NCBI GenBank assembly: GCA_041598875.1
Contig: JBFHXP010000003.1
Coordinates: forward strand, 1 to 60,320
Source of the DNA: Desulfobulbales bacterium
GTDB lineage: Bacteria > Desulfobacterota > Desulfobulbia > Desulfobulbales > BM004
Direction: 5' to 3'
DNA length: 60,320 bases
Each line of letters opens with the position of its first letter. Within the stretch, counting starts at the first letter, position 1. Below, piece by piece: positions 1-8,611 of the stretch. A program made the position numbers and the translations under genes. A model generated the notes under the pieces. The model was given only the letters and a program-made list of their open reading frames with translations, was not told the DNA's origin and ran no database searches.

Positions 1-225
1 GTCAAGCTTGTTGACCTTGATCGGGTCCGTGGTGTTGTTGGGGTCAATGGTTACATCAGCCACGGCAAAGTGACCGCCCATGCCGGCAACATACATGGTT
101 GCGGAATAGGTCTTGGCGGGATTCATCGCCTGGGCAACAGGCGTTTTTGAGTCAATCGCCGTATACGCAAGATACCCGCCTACTACAAATGACATCGCTA
201 CTACAGTTGATACAAGCTTTTTCAT
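1..225 (-). CDS. hypothetical exported or membrane-anchored protein, 5' part only (continues past left window edge)
   Basis: Own translation of the minus strand from ATG (complement of 223-225): MKKLVSTVVAMSFVVGGYLAYTAIDSKTPVAQAMNPAKTYSATMYVAGMGGHFAVADVTIDPNNTTDPIKVNKLD, open to position 1. Hydrophobic N-terminal signal/anchor. Not in the ORF track because no stop lies in the window. Confidence 0.5.
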   Translation of the reverse strand, partial: MKKLVSTVVAMSFVVGGYLAYTAIDSKTPVAQAMNPAKTYSATMYVAGMGGHFAVADVTIDPNNTTDPIKVNKLD

Positions 226-610
226 ACTTCCCCCCGTAATGGTTTGTTTTTTGGTGACAAGTTCAGGTTTGTTATGACCAATAACGTATTTGTACCCCTT
301 CTTGTCTTTTTTGTTCTTGCCTACATCCATTCTCGCGGTTTTTATGCCAGCAAAATGGATTACCTCTGTTTTGAAGATTCATTCTTACCTACAAGAAGCT
401 TCGTTTGTCAACAAAGAATATCAGTAATAAAATTAAAGAAATCTCTGTTGTTACACGACAATTCTTGGAGTTAAATTTGACTCTTCCTTACAACCTTTTG
501 ATATCAATAGTGAAATTTAATACCACACTGTGGTATCCTGGTCAAGGAAAAATATGACTTTACCATAAAGAGTTCTTTCCAGCTTTTGGGTGGTATGGAA
601 AGGTGTGCCG

Positions 611-856
611 TTAGTCATTGCCAGGGAGAACCGTGGTTTTAAAGTTGAACGATTTTACCTTTGAGATAACCGCGTTCTCCGAGATTTCAGAGGGATTGAA
701 GAGTACGGTTATAATTCCCTGCTGGTAATTCACCGAGGTTTCAACCACACCATCCATATCATTCATAACGGTTTCCATATCCGTGGCGCACCCGGTGCAC
801 ACAATGCCTTCCACGAGCAACTTGATTTCCCTTTCAGTGTCAGAGTCGGCAGTCAT
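611..856 (-). CDS. heavy-metal-associated (HMA) domain protein, CopZ-like metallochaperone
   Basis: 81-aa ORF. EGIVCTGCATDME matches the GMxCxxC metal-binding loop of HMA domains, and the size fits a single ferredoxin-like HMA fold. SD-like AGGGGA lies upstream of the ATG. Confidence 0.75.
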   Translation of the reverse strand: MTADSDTEREIKLLVEGIVCTGCATDMETVMNDMDGVVETSVNYQQGIITVLFNPSEISENAVISKVKSFNFKTTVLPGND

Positions 857-1004
857 AATTTTCCCCTTTTGGATACTGTTTTTTTTGTGTCTCGATGTTG
901 CGGGTTGCTATTTCTCCGGTATTTGTATTGTATACCCTTGCGGGTTGACAACGCGTTTTTTTTACAGTGTCGTTTCCGGTAAACACGAAATCATTTAAGC
1001 TCAC

Positions 1005-2675
1005 ATGCGCTTATCAATACGCCTGAAATCATATGAGTGGGCCCTGGCTGTTTCGTTTGTCACCCTGGCGATCCCGGTTTTACTTCTTTTCCTCCGGCAC
1101 CTGGATGACAACCGCCTGACCAGTTGGCAATGGGTGTTTTCCGGCCGCAACACCCTTGCCTTCCTCCTCTTTCTTATTCTCGCGGTTTTGGCTGCATTCG
1201 TTTTTTCACGGCCTGGAAAATATGGCTGGTCCAGGCCCCTTGTGCTTTTCGGGTGTGGTTTTGGTTCCGGTGCGCTCTTCTGGGGCGCGCCCGAGGTAAT
1301 TGTAGACAGTGCCCGGTATTTTACCCAGGCAAAACAGCTTCATCTCTATGGGGTGAAGTGGTTTTTTTCCCAGTGGGGCAGAGAGGTCTTTTCCTGGACA
1401 GACCTTCCTCTGGTCTCCATTATCTATGGATTTCTCTTTACCTGTTTTGGTGAGTCACGGATTGTTATTCAGATATGTACCACATCTCTCTTTGCCCTGT
1501 CCGCTGTTCTTGTCTATCTATTGGGAAATCTTCTCTGGGACGAGGAGACAGGTTTTAATGGCGGGATGTTTTTTCTGGCCATCCCGTATCTTTATTCTCA
1601 GGTACCCATGATGCTGGCCGATATTCCAACCATGTTTTTCCTCCTTCTTGCCATCTATGCCTTTGCCCGGGCGCTTCTATATGGCGAATTCAGCGTGATG
1701 GGGGTGGCCGCGTTAAGCATTGTTCTTGCGGTGTTTGTAAAATTTTCCACCTGGCCCCTTCTCTCTGTTCTCGGAGTCATTTTTTTTATCTCCTTGACCA
1801 GGTGCCCCGGTGATACCCTGCGGCGGGCCATATATGTCCTTGTTCCCGCATCTATACTCATCGGGGTTGTTTTTTTTCTGAATTTTGACGTGTTTTCCGA
1901 GCAGATCCGTTTTCTTCTCCACTACCAGCGCCCGGGGCTGGGCAGGTGGACCGAGGGGTATGTCTCGACCTTTTTCTTTCAAACACATCCCTATCTCACC
2001 CTTGCGGCATGTGCCTCATTGTGGGTGGCAATTCAAAAAAAAGATCCAAACTATGTACTCCTTTTTTTCCTATTAGCCCTGGTGTTTATTCTCCAGATTA
2101 AAAGATCCCGGTACATACTTCCTGTTTTTCCCATACTCGCCCTGGCCGGCGGCTATGGAATTCAGTTGATACGGGATCTGTTTCTCCGCCGGTTTGTGAT
2201 TCTTTCCGCCGTGACCACGTCCCTGGTTGTTGCCCTGTTCGCCTATCTTCCTTTTCTCAAATCCATGAGCGTTGTCAACCTGATGGATGGCGGGCACTTC
2301 ATAGATTCCCTTCCTGTGGACAGTGTCCGGGTTGTCACCGCCAATTCGCCCGACGCGGTAATGGATCCCCAGGTCAATGTCATGCTCCTGGATCTCTATA
2401 CCAGGAAGAGGATTTCGTACCATCATCCACCACCGTCCAGGGAGACGCTTGCCAGTGTCTCCCTGTCGCCGCTTCGTTTTACCTGGGAATTTAACACCCC
2501 GGAATATTATAAGAAAGATGGAGGCGGTGCCCTGGTTTTTATTGATGATGATCCAGGGTTATCCCTGGCCGCGGACCCGCTGTATCAGGCGGGAAAATAT
2601 GCCCACCGGGCGAATTTTACAAAGACATCAGGAGTCTTTCGCCACCAGACCATGGTCTCGGTGTTCTGGAACTGA
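1005..2675 (+). CDS. polytopic GT-C family glycosyltransferase (ArnT / PMT_2-like)
   Basis: 556-aa ORF with many hydrophobic spans over about 420 aa, then a soluble C-terminal domain. The first-loop motif VDSARYFTQAK resembles the D-x-x-R/Y acidic loop of ArnT/PMT-type lipid-linked-sugar transferases. Confidence 0.6.
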   Translation: MRLSIRLKSYEWALAVSFVTLAIPVLLLFLRHLDDNRLTSWQWVFSGRNTLAFLLFLILAVLAAFVFSRPGKYGWSRPLVLFGCGFGSGALFWGAPEVIVDSARYFTQAKQLHLYGVKWFFSQWGREVFSWTDLPLVSIIYGFLFTCFGESRIVIQICTTSLFALSAVLVYLLGNLLWDEETGFNGGMFFLAIPYLYSQVPMMLADIPTMFFLLLAIYAFARALLYGEFSVMGVAALSIVLAVFVKFSTWPLLSVLGVIFFISLTRCPGDTLRRAIYVLVPASILIGVVFFLNFDVFSEQIRFLLHYQRPGLGRWTEGYVSTFFFQTHPYLTLAACASLWVAIQKKDPNYVLLFFLLALVFILQIKRSRYILPVFPILALAGGYGIQLIRDLFLRRFVILSAVTTSLVVALFAYLPFLKSMSVVNLMDGGHFIDSLPVDSVRVVTANSPDAVMDPQVNVMLLDLYTRKRISYHHPPPSRETLASVSLSPLRFTWEFNTPEYYKKDGGGALVFIDDDPGLSLAADPLYQAGKYAHRANFTKTSGVFRHQTMVSVFWN

Positions 2676-3064
2676 GAGGGACCGGCGAGAGTGGAAATAC
2701 GCCGGATTCGCCCGGTTTCCCGTCATCTTTCCCATGGCCCGTCTCCAGCGGGACCGTGAACCTTTTTTCTTGACTTTTAGCGGATGCCACATTATACACT
2801 CGAATTTAACGAGAAAATGAGTGATGGTTCATTTTTTATGGCCTGGATGATTGCCGTCTAGTGCGCATCAGGGGCGAATTATAGTACCACGGGGTAGGAT
2901 AATCGCCCAAGACCGGGTGGCGTCGTCACCGAATCCAACCTAAGAACTATAAAGAAGGAGGTATGCGTTCGAAGTTCTGTTGAATGGCCTGATTTTTTAA
3001 GAAAAACAACAACATCAACTAACCACGAAATTATTATACGACTTTATTTGCGAGGGGGGAAAGA

Positions 3065-4513
3065 ATGGACAACAGCATGGAGGCCAGAGGGAATACGATT
3101 AAGGCTTTTGTAGTCACGGGTATTCTTATCCTAATCACCATTCTATATGCCAGCGCCAACAAGTATTACATGTATCTCAACGTGTATATCTGGTTTGGTG
3201 TGGCATACGGCATGATGCTCCAGTACGGAAGGTTCTGCTTTGCATCTGCCTCACGTGACCTTTTTGCCGCCGGCGTTCCCAGAATGGCAGTCGGCATCCT
3301 GGTCGCACTCATCTTTTTCAGCCTGGTACAGGCCTTTCTGGCTGCAACCAAAATGAGTACCTTTCATCCGGCGCCCGCTGGAATCCACACCGTGATTGCC
3401 GGGATCATCTTCGGGGTGGGCATGGTTCTGGCCGGTGGTTGCGCCTCCGGGTCGCTCTACAAGATCGGCGAGGGAAACGGCACCTCAATTCTCTCAATCA
3501 TGGGAATCTCTTTTGGCCAGGCGATTTTTGTTACCGCCGGCGGCCCCTTCCTTGCCTTTGTGCCCGAGGCCTGGAAAACCGCTTCCGCCGCCAAGGCCTG
3601 GGTTCCCCGGGCCAACGTCAACTCCTGGTTTGATTACTACCTCACCGGCTATATCTTTGATCTGCCCAGCACCCAGATATCCCATACAGCAATGTTCAAG
3701 GATATGGGTGTGATGAAGTATTTTATCGGCGACGCGCTTCTCATCGCCATCATCCCGGCATGCCTTGTAATTACCCTCATCTACGCCGGGTACATGAAAA
3801 AGGGGTTTATCAAAAAACGGGAAAAGCATAATAAGAAAAACCCCAACGATCAGCTGGCTGTCAGCGGGCTTGGCGTGCACATGGCCGGCATCTGGGCAAT
3901 GATCACCGCCTCCCAGCGGACCACGATGATGGGTATCCTCATCGGTCTGACCGCAGGTCTCCATATCTTTGTCATGAAGGCCATGCAGTTAAAGTTCAAC
4001 GTTACCAATTTCGGCCAGCTGCTTACCCGCATGGGCCATACCGGCGATGTCGGCGTCTTTGGCAATGTCTTTGATCCAGGATACTGGTATATCACCACCC
4101 AGGAGGCGCAGTTTGCCGGCTGGATCATGGAAAAGTTGGGCATGGATGTACGGTCCAGCGTCTTTTTCGGGGTGGTAAACGGCCTGCCCGAACTGCATCG
4201 CAACCCGGCCTTGTGGATGTCTATCGGCATCATTTTCGGGGCGATGATTCTGGCGCTTCTGGTTAATGAATTCAAGTTCAAGGCCCCTTCCGGCGAGCTT
4301 ATTGTCTGGGGTCTTGGCGGTGGACTGCTCATGGGTATCGGCTCCCGGCCGGGACTTGGCTGCAACATCGGCGCCTTTTTTATCCGTTCCGCTGGCGGCG
4401 ACCCGGGTGGATGGCTCTTTGGCCTGGGCATGGTCACCGGCGCCTTTTTCGGCGTAAAATTCTTCAACTGGTGGACCGAGCGGAAAATGCAAAGTGAAAT
4501 GGCTGAGTTCTAG
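3065..4513 (+). CDS. yeeE: YeeE/YedE family sulfur-compound (thiosulfate-type) transporter
   Basis: 482-aa polytopic ORF. It has two internally repeated halves, each carrying the conserved Cys loop (LAGGCASGSLYKIGEG and PGLGCNIGAFF). A basic linker KKGFIKKREKHNKK joins the halves, and a TusA-like gene follows. Confidence 0.8.
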   Translation: MDNSMEARGNTIKAFVVTGILILITILYASANKYYMYLNVYIWFGVAYGMMLQYGRFCFASASRDLFAAGVPRMAVGILVALIFFSLVQAFLAATKMSTFHPAPAGIHTVIAGIIFGVGMVLAGGCASGSLYKIGEGNGTSILSIMGISFGQAIFVTAGGPFLAFVPEAWKTASAAKAWVPRANVNSWFDYYLTGYIFDLPSTQISHTAMFKDMGVMKYFIGDALLIAIIPACLVITLIYAGYMKKGFIKKREKHNKKNPNDQLAVSGLGVHMAGIWAMITASQRTTMMGILIGLTAGLHIFVMKAMQLKFNVTNFGQLLTRMGHTGDVGVFGNVFDPGYWYITTQEAQFAGWIMEKLGMDVRSSVFFGVVNGLPELHRNPALWMSIGIIFGAMILALLVNEFKFKAPSGELIVWGLGGGLLMGIGSRPGLGCNIGAFFIRSAGGDPGGWLFGLGMVTGAFFGVKFFNWWTERKMQSEMAEF

Positions 4514-4591
4514 TACGTTTGAAACCAAAGTTACTCAGTAAAAAAATAACTGTGGTTGGTTGTACCACTCTATCTGCAAGGAGATTCACAA

Positions 4592-4843
4592 ATGGCAATG
4601 AAATTTGATAAGGTTGGCGATGGAAAATATCAGCTTGATGTCTGCGGATTTGTCTGCCCGCATCCTCAGCTTTACTGCAAGAAGTCCCTGGAAAAGATGA
4701 GCGCCGGGGATGAGCTGGAGCTGATTTTTGACAACGCGTCATCAGGAGAGACCATCGTCCAGATGTGCGAGCAGGCCGGCCACGAGATCCTTGAGCAGAA
4801 AAAAGAGGGCGGTAAACTTATCTACATCATCGAAAAGGGATAA
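4592..4843 (+). CDS. TusA/YeeD-like sulfurtransferase
   Basis: 83 aa from ATG 4592 (SD GGAG 8 nt upstream; the ORF-track start at 4556 is probably too long). DVCGFVCPHPQL carries the CPxP active-site motif of the TusA/SirA family. It lies directly downstream of yeeE, as in yeeE-yeeD pairs. Confidence 0.8.
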   Translation: MAMKFDKVGDGKYQLDVCGFVCPHPQLYCKKSLEKMSAGDELELIFDNASSGETIVQMCEQAGHEILEQKKEGGKLIYIIEKG

Positions 4844-4870
4844 TCCTTTAAAAAAATGAGGGGGTAACCA

Positions 4871-5284
4871 ATGAAAGCGCCTCTTGTGGTAATAATTGCA
4901 ATTGTCGTTGGCATGCTCGGTTTTATCGTAGTCTACAGCCAGATGGATGTTGAAAAAGCACCACCAGTAGCTACGGGGAAAAGCTCGGGAGATGCTGGCG
5001 GGTATGGCGGCGGAGGTGGTGAGTCCTCCGGTGGCTATGGGTCGCCTGAACCTGCTGGTGGCGGCTACGGATCACCCGCGCCTGCCTCTGGCGGCTACGG
5101 GGCACCTGCTGCTGGCGGTTACGGGGCACCTGCCGCACCTGCTGCTGGCGGCTACGGGGCACCTGCCGCAGGCGGTTACGGGGCACCTGCCGCAGGCGGT
5201 TACGGGGCACCTGCCGCACCTGCTGCTGGCGGCTACGGGGCACCTGCTGCCGGTGGCTACGGAGCGCCTGCCGCCGGTCGGTAA
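4871..5284 (+). CDS. membrane-anchored low-complexity protein with GGYGAPAA(PAA) tandem repeats
   Basis: 137-aa ORF with SD GAGGGGG upstream. N-terminal TM helix PLVVIIAIVVGMLGFIVVY, then about 10 in-frame repeats GGYG(A/S)PA(A/PAA). It is co-directional with the TusA-like gene, 27 nt downstream of it. Confidence 0.6.
   Translation: MKAPLVVIIAIVVGMLGFIVVYSQMDVEKAPPVATGKSSGDAGGYGGGGGESSGGYGSPEPAGGGYGSPAPASGGYGAPAAGGYGAPAAPAAGGYGAPAAGGYGAPAAGGYGAPAAPAAGGYGAPAAGGYGAPAAGR
4993..5281 (+). repeat. in-frame tandem DNA repeats (24- and 33-nt units) encoding GGYGAPAA / GGYGAPAAPAA
   Basis: ggcggctacggggcacctgc(t/c)gc recurs back to back with only wobble-type differences. The region lies entirely inside the 4871..5284 CDS. 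Confidence 0.85.
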
Positions 5285-5367
5285 GAAAAGGCACATGGCC
5301 TCTGGTTCGGCAAAGAATCAGGGGCCATTTTAATTGCTCGTAATTAAATTAAAAGCGAGGAACCGGC

Positions 5368-5832
5368 ATGAAAAAAGTGTTGATTGCAGTAGATGACACC
5401 AAGGCTTCCCAGGAGATATTTTCCAAGTGCACCAATATATGCAAGTGCATGGCACCGGATGAAATTATACTTCTCTATGTGGAAAAGTATCAGGGCCGTT
5501 CTTTGATGGATCAGATGCTGGGCGAATCTGAACTTTCCACCCTGCGCGAGGTATTAGAGGGCACTGAATACAAGGCCGCCCTTGATGCCAAGGCAGCCAA
5601 AATACTCAGTTTCTACAAGAATGCCCTCCAGGCTAAGGCCCCTGCCCCCAATGTGACCACCTTGACCAAGGGTGGACATCCGGCAGAAGAGATTCTGAAA
5701 GTCGCAAAGGAAAATGCGGTTGACATGATCCTCATCGGCTCCAAGGGGAATCGGGTTTCTACGATGTTCATGGGCAGTGTGAGTCGTGAGGTTGTAAACG
5801 GCGCCGAGTGTCCGGTCATGGTTGTAAAATAA
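5368..5832 (+). CDS. universal stress protein (UspA family)
   Basis: 154 aa. MKKVLIAVDDT start and the C-terminal ATP-binding type motif ILIGSKGNRVSTMFMGSVSREVVNGAECPVMVV. Confidence 0.85.
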   Translation: MKKVLIAVDDTKASQEIFSKCTNICKCMAPDEIILLYVEKYQGRSLMDQMLGESELSTLREVLEGTEYKAALDAKAAKILSFYKNALQAKAPAPNVTTLTKGGHPAEEILKVAKENAVDMILIGSKGNRVSTMFMGSVSREVVNGAECPVMVVK

Positions 5833-5900
5833 ATTCATTGATCGCGGAAAATTTTCCGTAAAGATGGATTCTCCTGCCTGGCGCAGCCGGATTCATCTGA

Positions 5901-5950
5901 ATACCAGAAAGCCTCTGTCATTGTGATGGACTTTCTGGTATTTTTTTTTA
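5901..5950 (+). terminator. rho-independent terminator after usp gene
   Basis: 11-bp stem ataccagaaag / ctttctggtat with a 19-nt loop, followed by a T9 run. Confidence 0.75.
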
Positions 5951-5974
5951 TCAACCAAACGCGAGGGAAGTGAT

Positions 5975-7408
5975 GTGACCAGATGTGCCTTGATCATACC
6001 GGCCTGGGTACCGGAGGAGATTTTTTCTTCAAAAACCGCCGGCTCCCAGATCAACTACTGGCAGCCGCTCGGCACGCTCTATGTGGCTTCGGCTCTGCGC
6101 AAGGCCGGGCATGATGTGCGGTTTTACAATGGCGCCTTTATGACCCAGGAGGATATTCTTTCCGGGATAAAGGATTTTCAGCCACAGTGCATTGGCATCT
6201 ATTCCACGACATTCGGTTGGCCCAAGGCAAAAAATGCCGCCCGTACTCTTCGCAAACTTCTTCCCGGGGCCCTGATCGTTACCGGCGGCCCCTACCCCAT
6301 AGCCCTTAAAGAACGGTGTCTGGCTGATTGCCCTGATATTGATATTGCCGTTACCGGCGAGGGCGAAGAGACCATGGTTGAGATGCTTGAGCACTGGCAG
6401 GCGGGAAAGTCTTTTTCCGGGATGACTGGGCTTGTGTATCGAGAAAAGGGCCATATTCACACCACCCCGTCCCGGCCGCTGATTACCGACCTCGACGCCC
6501 TGGATCCTCCCGCCCGTGATCTTCTTGGCGATGCGGAAAAATATATCCCCCCCCCGGCAACCTACAAGAGAAGGCCGGTCGCGGTACTTATCACCTCGCG
6601 GGGATGTAACCGGCGCTGTCTCTACTGTTTTCAGATCGATCAGTCGAGGAAAAGCGGGATTCGCTATCGGTCGGTGGAAAACGTCATGCAGGAGATCGAG
6701 CTTGTTCTCCGACAGGGGTACCGGGAGATCAAGTTCATTGATGACACCCTGGCTGCTGATTATGACCGGGCAATGCGCATAGCCCGTGAAATTAAGGCGA
6801 GAAAGCTTGATTTTACCTGGTTTGCCTCGGCGTGTGTCAATCAGGTCGACAAGCCACTGCTCCAGGCCTTTAAGGATGCCGGTTGCTGGGCTATACTTTT
6901 TGGCGCAGAAAGCGGCGTGCAGAAAGATCTCAATACCATTCGCAAGGGGATTACCCTGGCCCAGATAAAAAATGCGGTGACCGCGGCCAAGGAGGTGGGG
7001 ATCACGGTCTATACCCCGTTTCTTTTCGGCATCCCCGGCCAGACCTTTGAGGATGGCCTGAAGTCAATTGATTTTGCCTGCGAACTTGATCCTGATATTG
7101 CCAACTTTCATGCCATAACCCCATTTCCCGGGACAGATCTGTACGATAATATTGAAAAGTACGGCACCATGTCCGAGGATTTGAACGATTATTCCTACCA
7201 GGGCGCGGCTTTTGTTCCCCACTCCATGACCCGGGAGCAGATTGCGGAACTCCGGCAAATCGCCTTTCGCCGCTTTTACTCACGGCCCAGATTTCTGCTG
7301 CGCAGACTTGCCCAGCTCAGAACCGTACATGATGTCAAGGCCGCGATATACGGACTTAAAAGCATGTTCTGGATATGGGTGCGAAAGGGGGTCTTCAGGC
7401 GCTCATAG
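5975..7408 (+). CDS. B12-binding domain radical SAM protein (class B)
   Basis: 477 aa, GTG start after GAGGGAAG. The N-terminal Rossmann-like cobalamin-binding region (IGIYSTTFGW, IVTGGPYP, DIAVTGEGE) is followed by the radical SAM cluster motif SRGCNRRCLYCFQ (CxxxCxxC). Confidence 0.8.
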   Translation: MTRCALIIPAWVPEEIFSSKTAGSQINYWQPLGTLYVASALRKAGHDVRFYNGAFMTQEDILSGIKDFQPQCIGIYSTTFGWPKAKNAARTLRKLLPGALIVTGGPYPIALKERCLADCPDIDIAVTGEGEETMVEMLEHWQAGKSFSGMTGLVYREKGHIHTTPSRPLITDLDALDPPARDLLGDAEKYIPPPATYKRRPVAVLITSRGCNRRCLYCFQIDQSRKSGIRYRSVENVMQEIELVLRQGYREIKFIDDTLAADYDRAMRIAREIKARKLDFTWFASACVNQVDKPLLQAFKDAGCWAILFGAESGVQKDLNTIRKGITLAQIKNAVTAAKEVGITVYTPFLFGIPGQTFEDGLKSIDFACELDPDIANFHAITPFPGTDLYDNIEKYGTMSEDLNDYSYQGAAFVPHSMTREQIAELRQIAFRRFYSRPRFLLRRLAQLRTVHDVKAAIYGLKSMFWIWVRKGVFRRS

Positions 7409-7412
7409 GAGA

Positions 7413-7529
7413 ATGTCGGACAAATCCCAATCTACTCCCAAACCGAGAGAACCGGTCTCTATCCTCTGGACTTTTTGTTTTGAGTGCCGAATATCGAACA
7501 CCGTTGACTATCCTCGTGGCTGTAATTGA
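7413..7529 (+). CDS. speculative 38-aa Cys-containing small ORF (possible RiPP precursor)
   Basis: ATG at 7413 lies 5 nt after the B12-rSAM stop (TAG 7406-7408); AGGAGA immediately precedes the ATG. Peptide: MSDKSQSTPKPREPVSILWTFCFECRISNTVDYPRGCN. Weak points: the frame is already open upstream (ORF-track 7242..7529), SD spacing is near zero, and the 3' end overlaps the convergent rSAM/SPASM gene by 22 nt. Confidence 0.2.
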   Translation: MSDKSQSTPKPREPVSILWTFCFECRISNTVDYPRGCN

Positions 7530-8611
7530 AAATATTCCTTGATCAGGGCCGGATAGAGGCGCGGGTTAAAGAGGATATTGGTCATGAAATAACACTCATG
7601 GGTGCAGTGGCAGCCATCGTTTTCAATCCAATCTTTCATTTTTTCGGCCTGTTCCGTGGCCAGAATCCGGCGGAAATCAAGACCATGGTCTCTGATGTTG
7701 CCAAGACCCATGTCAAAAGATTCACAGGGAAAAACATTTCCATTTTCGGTAAGTACAAGATTGAGCCGGCCGGCATAGCAAGGGATCAGCCTCCGGTGTT
7801 CTCGGGCGGTCCGGTCAATGAGCCTGCGCTGGACAATATCCTGGGACGCCTTGAGACGGGCGCCGGGAAAACGGTAGATCGAGCCTGTTTTCTCCTTGAG
7901 GTTTGACTCGAGTTGCGCAATGGCTGCCTTGTACTTGTCCATGTTCACCTGTTTGAGCGTGGAGTCTGCCATGTCTCCGCGGACAAGCGAAACCGTGTGG
8001 GTTCTGACCCCCTTCATCCCTGCCACCTGATCGATCAGCCCTTTGACCAGATCTTCATTTTTTGCACAGAAAACCGTATTGATACCCAGGTCGAAATTGG
8101 GATATTTTTCCAAAAGCTCACTGAGTTCGGCACAGGTTTCCAGGGTTTTTTGATATGAGCCGGCAACCCCGCGGATGGAGTCATGGGTCTCCTGGTCGCC
8201 ATCAAGGGAGAGTTTGACCACTATCGAGCTCTTGGGGCACGCCTCCAAAACCTCGGTGACAACGTCCTTTATTCTTTTTGTCAATAATCCGTTGGTCGGA
8301 AAGAGAATGATCACCGGTTTGTTCTGCTTGTAAAAAACCTTTGTTATTTCAGCAAGATCATCACGGAGGAATATCTCTCCACCGGAAAATGCGAGCCAGA
8401 GGAGGTTGGGCAGGGAGGCGGAAATGGCCCTGATCTCGTCAAGGGTGAGTTCCTGGTCCCGGGCCCTTTTATTCACTTCACGGTCACCCTCGGAAATGTA
8501 AAAGCAGAACGGGCAGCGGGCGTTGCACCGTTTGGTGACAAAAAAGGTAAACTGAATGGGATTTTTCTTAACAAAAATATCCTTGATATGACGAAGAGCG
8601 CTGTGTCCCAT
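7508..8611 (-). CDS. radical SAM protein with C-terminal SPASM-like Cys-rich domain
   Basis: 367 aa. VTKRCNARCPFCFY (CxxxCxxC) near the N-terminus and C-terminal cysteines CYAGRLNLVLTENGNVFPCE...DGCHCTHEC. There is no N-terminal peptide-recognition extension. Confidence 0.8.
   Translation of the reverse strand: MGHSALRHIKDIFVKKNPIQFTFFVTKRCNARCPFCFYISEGDREVNKRARDQELTLDEIRAISASLPNLLWLAFSGGEIFLRDDLAEITKVFYKQNKPVIILFPTNGLLTKRIKDVVTEVLEACPKSSIVVKLSLDGDQETHDSIRGVAGSYQKTLETCAELSELLEKYPNFDLGINTVFCAKNEDLVKGLIDQVAGMKGVRTHTVSLVRGDMADSTLKQVNMDKYKAAIAQLESNLKEKTGSIYRFPGARLKASQDIVQRRLIDRTAREHRRLIPCYAGRLNLVLTENGNVFPCESFDMGLGNIRDHGLDFRRILATEQAEKMKDWIENDGCHCTHECYFMTNILFNPRLYPALIKEYFQLQPRG

Noticed and set aside
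2870-2920. Hairpin GGGCGAATTAT...ATAATCGCCC upstream of yeeE as a sulfur-responsive riboswitch
   Set aside because: It is a single imperfect stem-loop with no resemblance to a riboswitch class I know and no expression-platform partner. Comparative data would be needed to make any claim.
2963-2983. Six-codon leader ORF MRSKFC with AAGGAGG upstream of yeeE (possible Cys-sensing attenuation)
   Set aside because: The SD ends only 1 nt before the ATG, I could not find a convincing terminator/antiterminator pair downstream, and an ORF this short is expected by chance.
4993-5281. Regularly spaced near-identical 20-24-nt repeats that could be mistaken for a CRISPR-like array
   Set aside because: The repeats are contiguous with no unique spacers, stay in frame, and translate to GGYGAPAA units inside a CDS with an SD and a TM anchor. 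There are no cas genes or leader.
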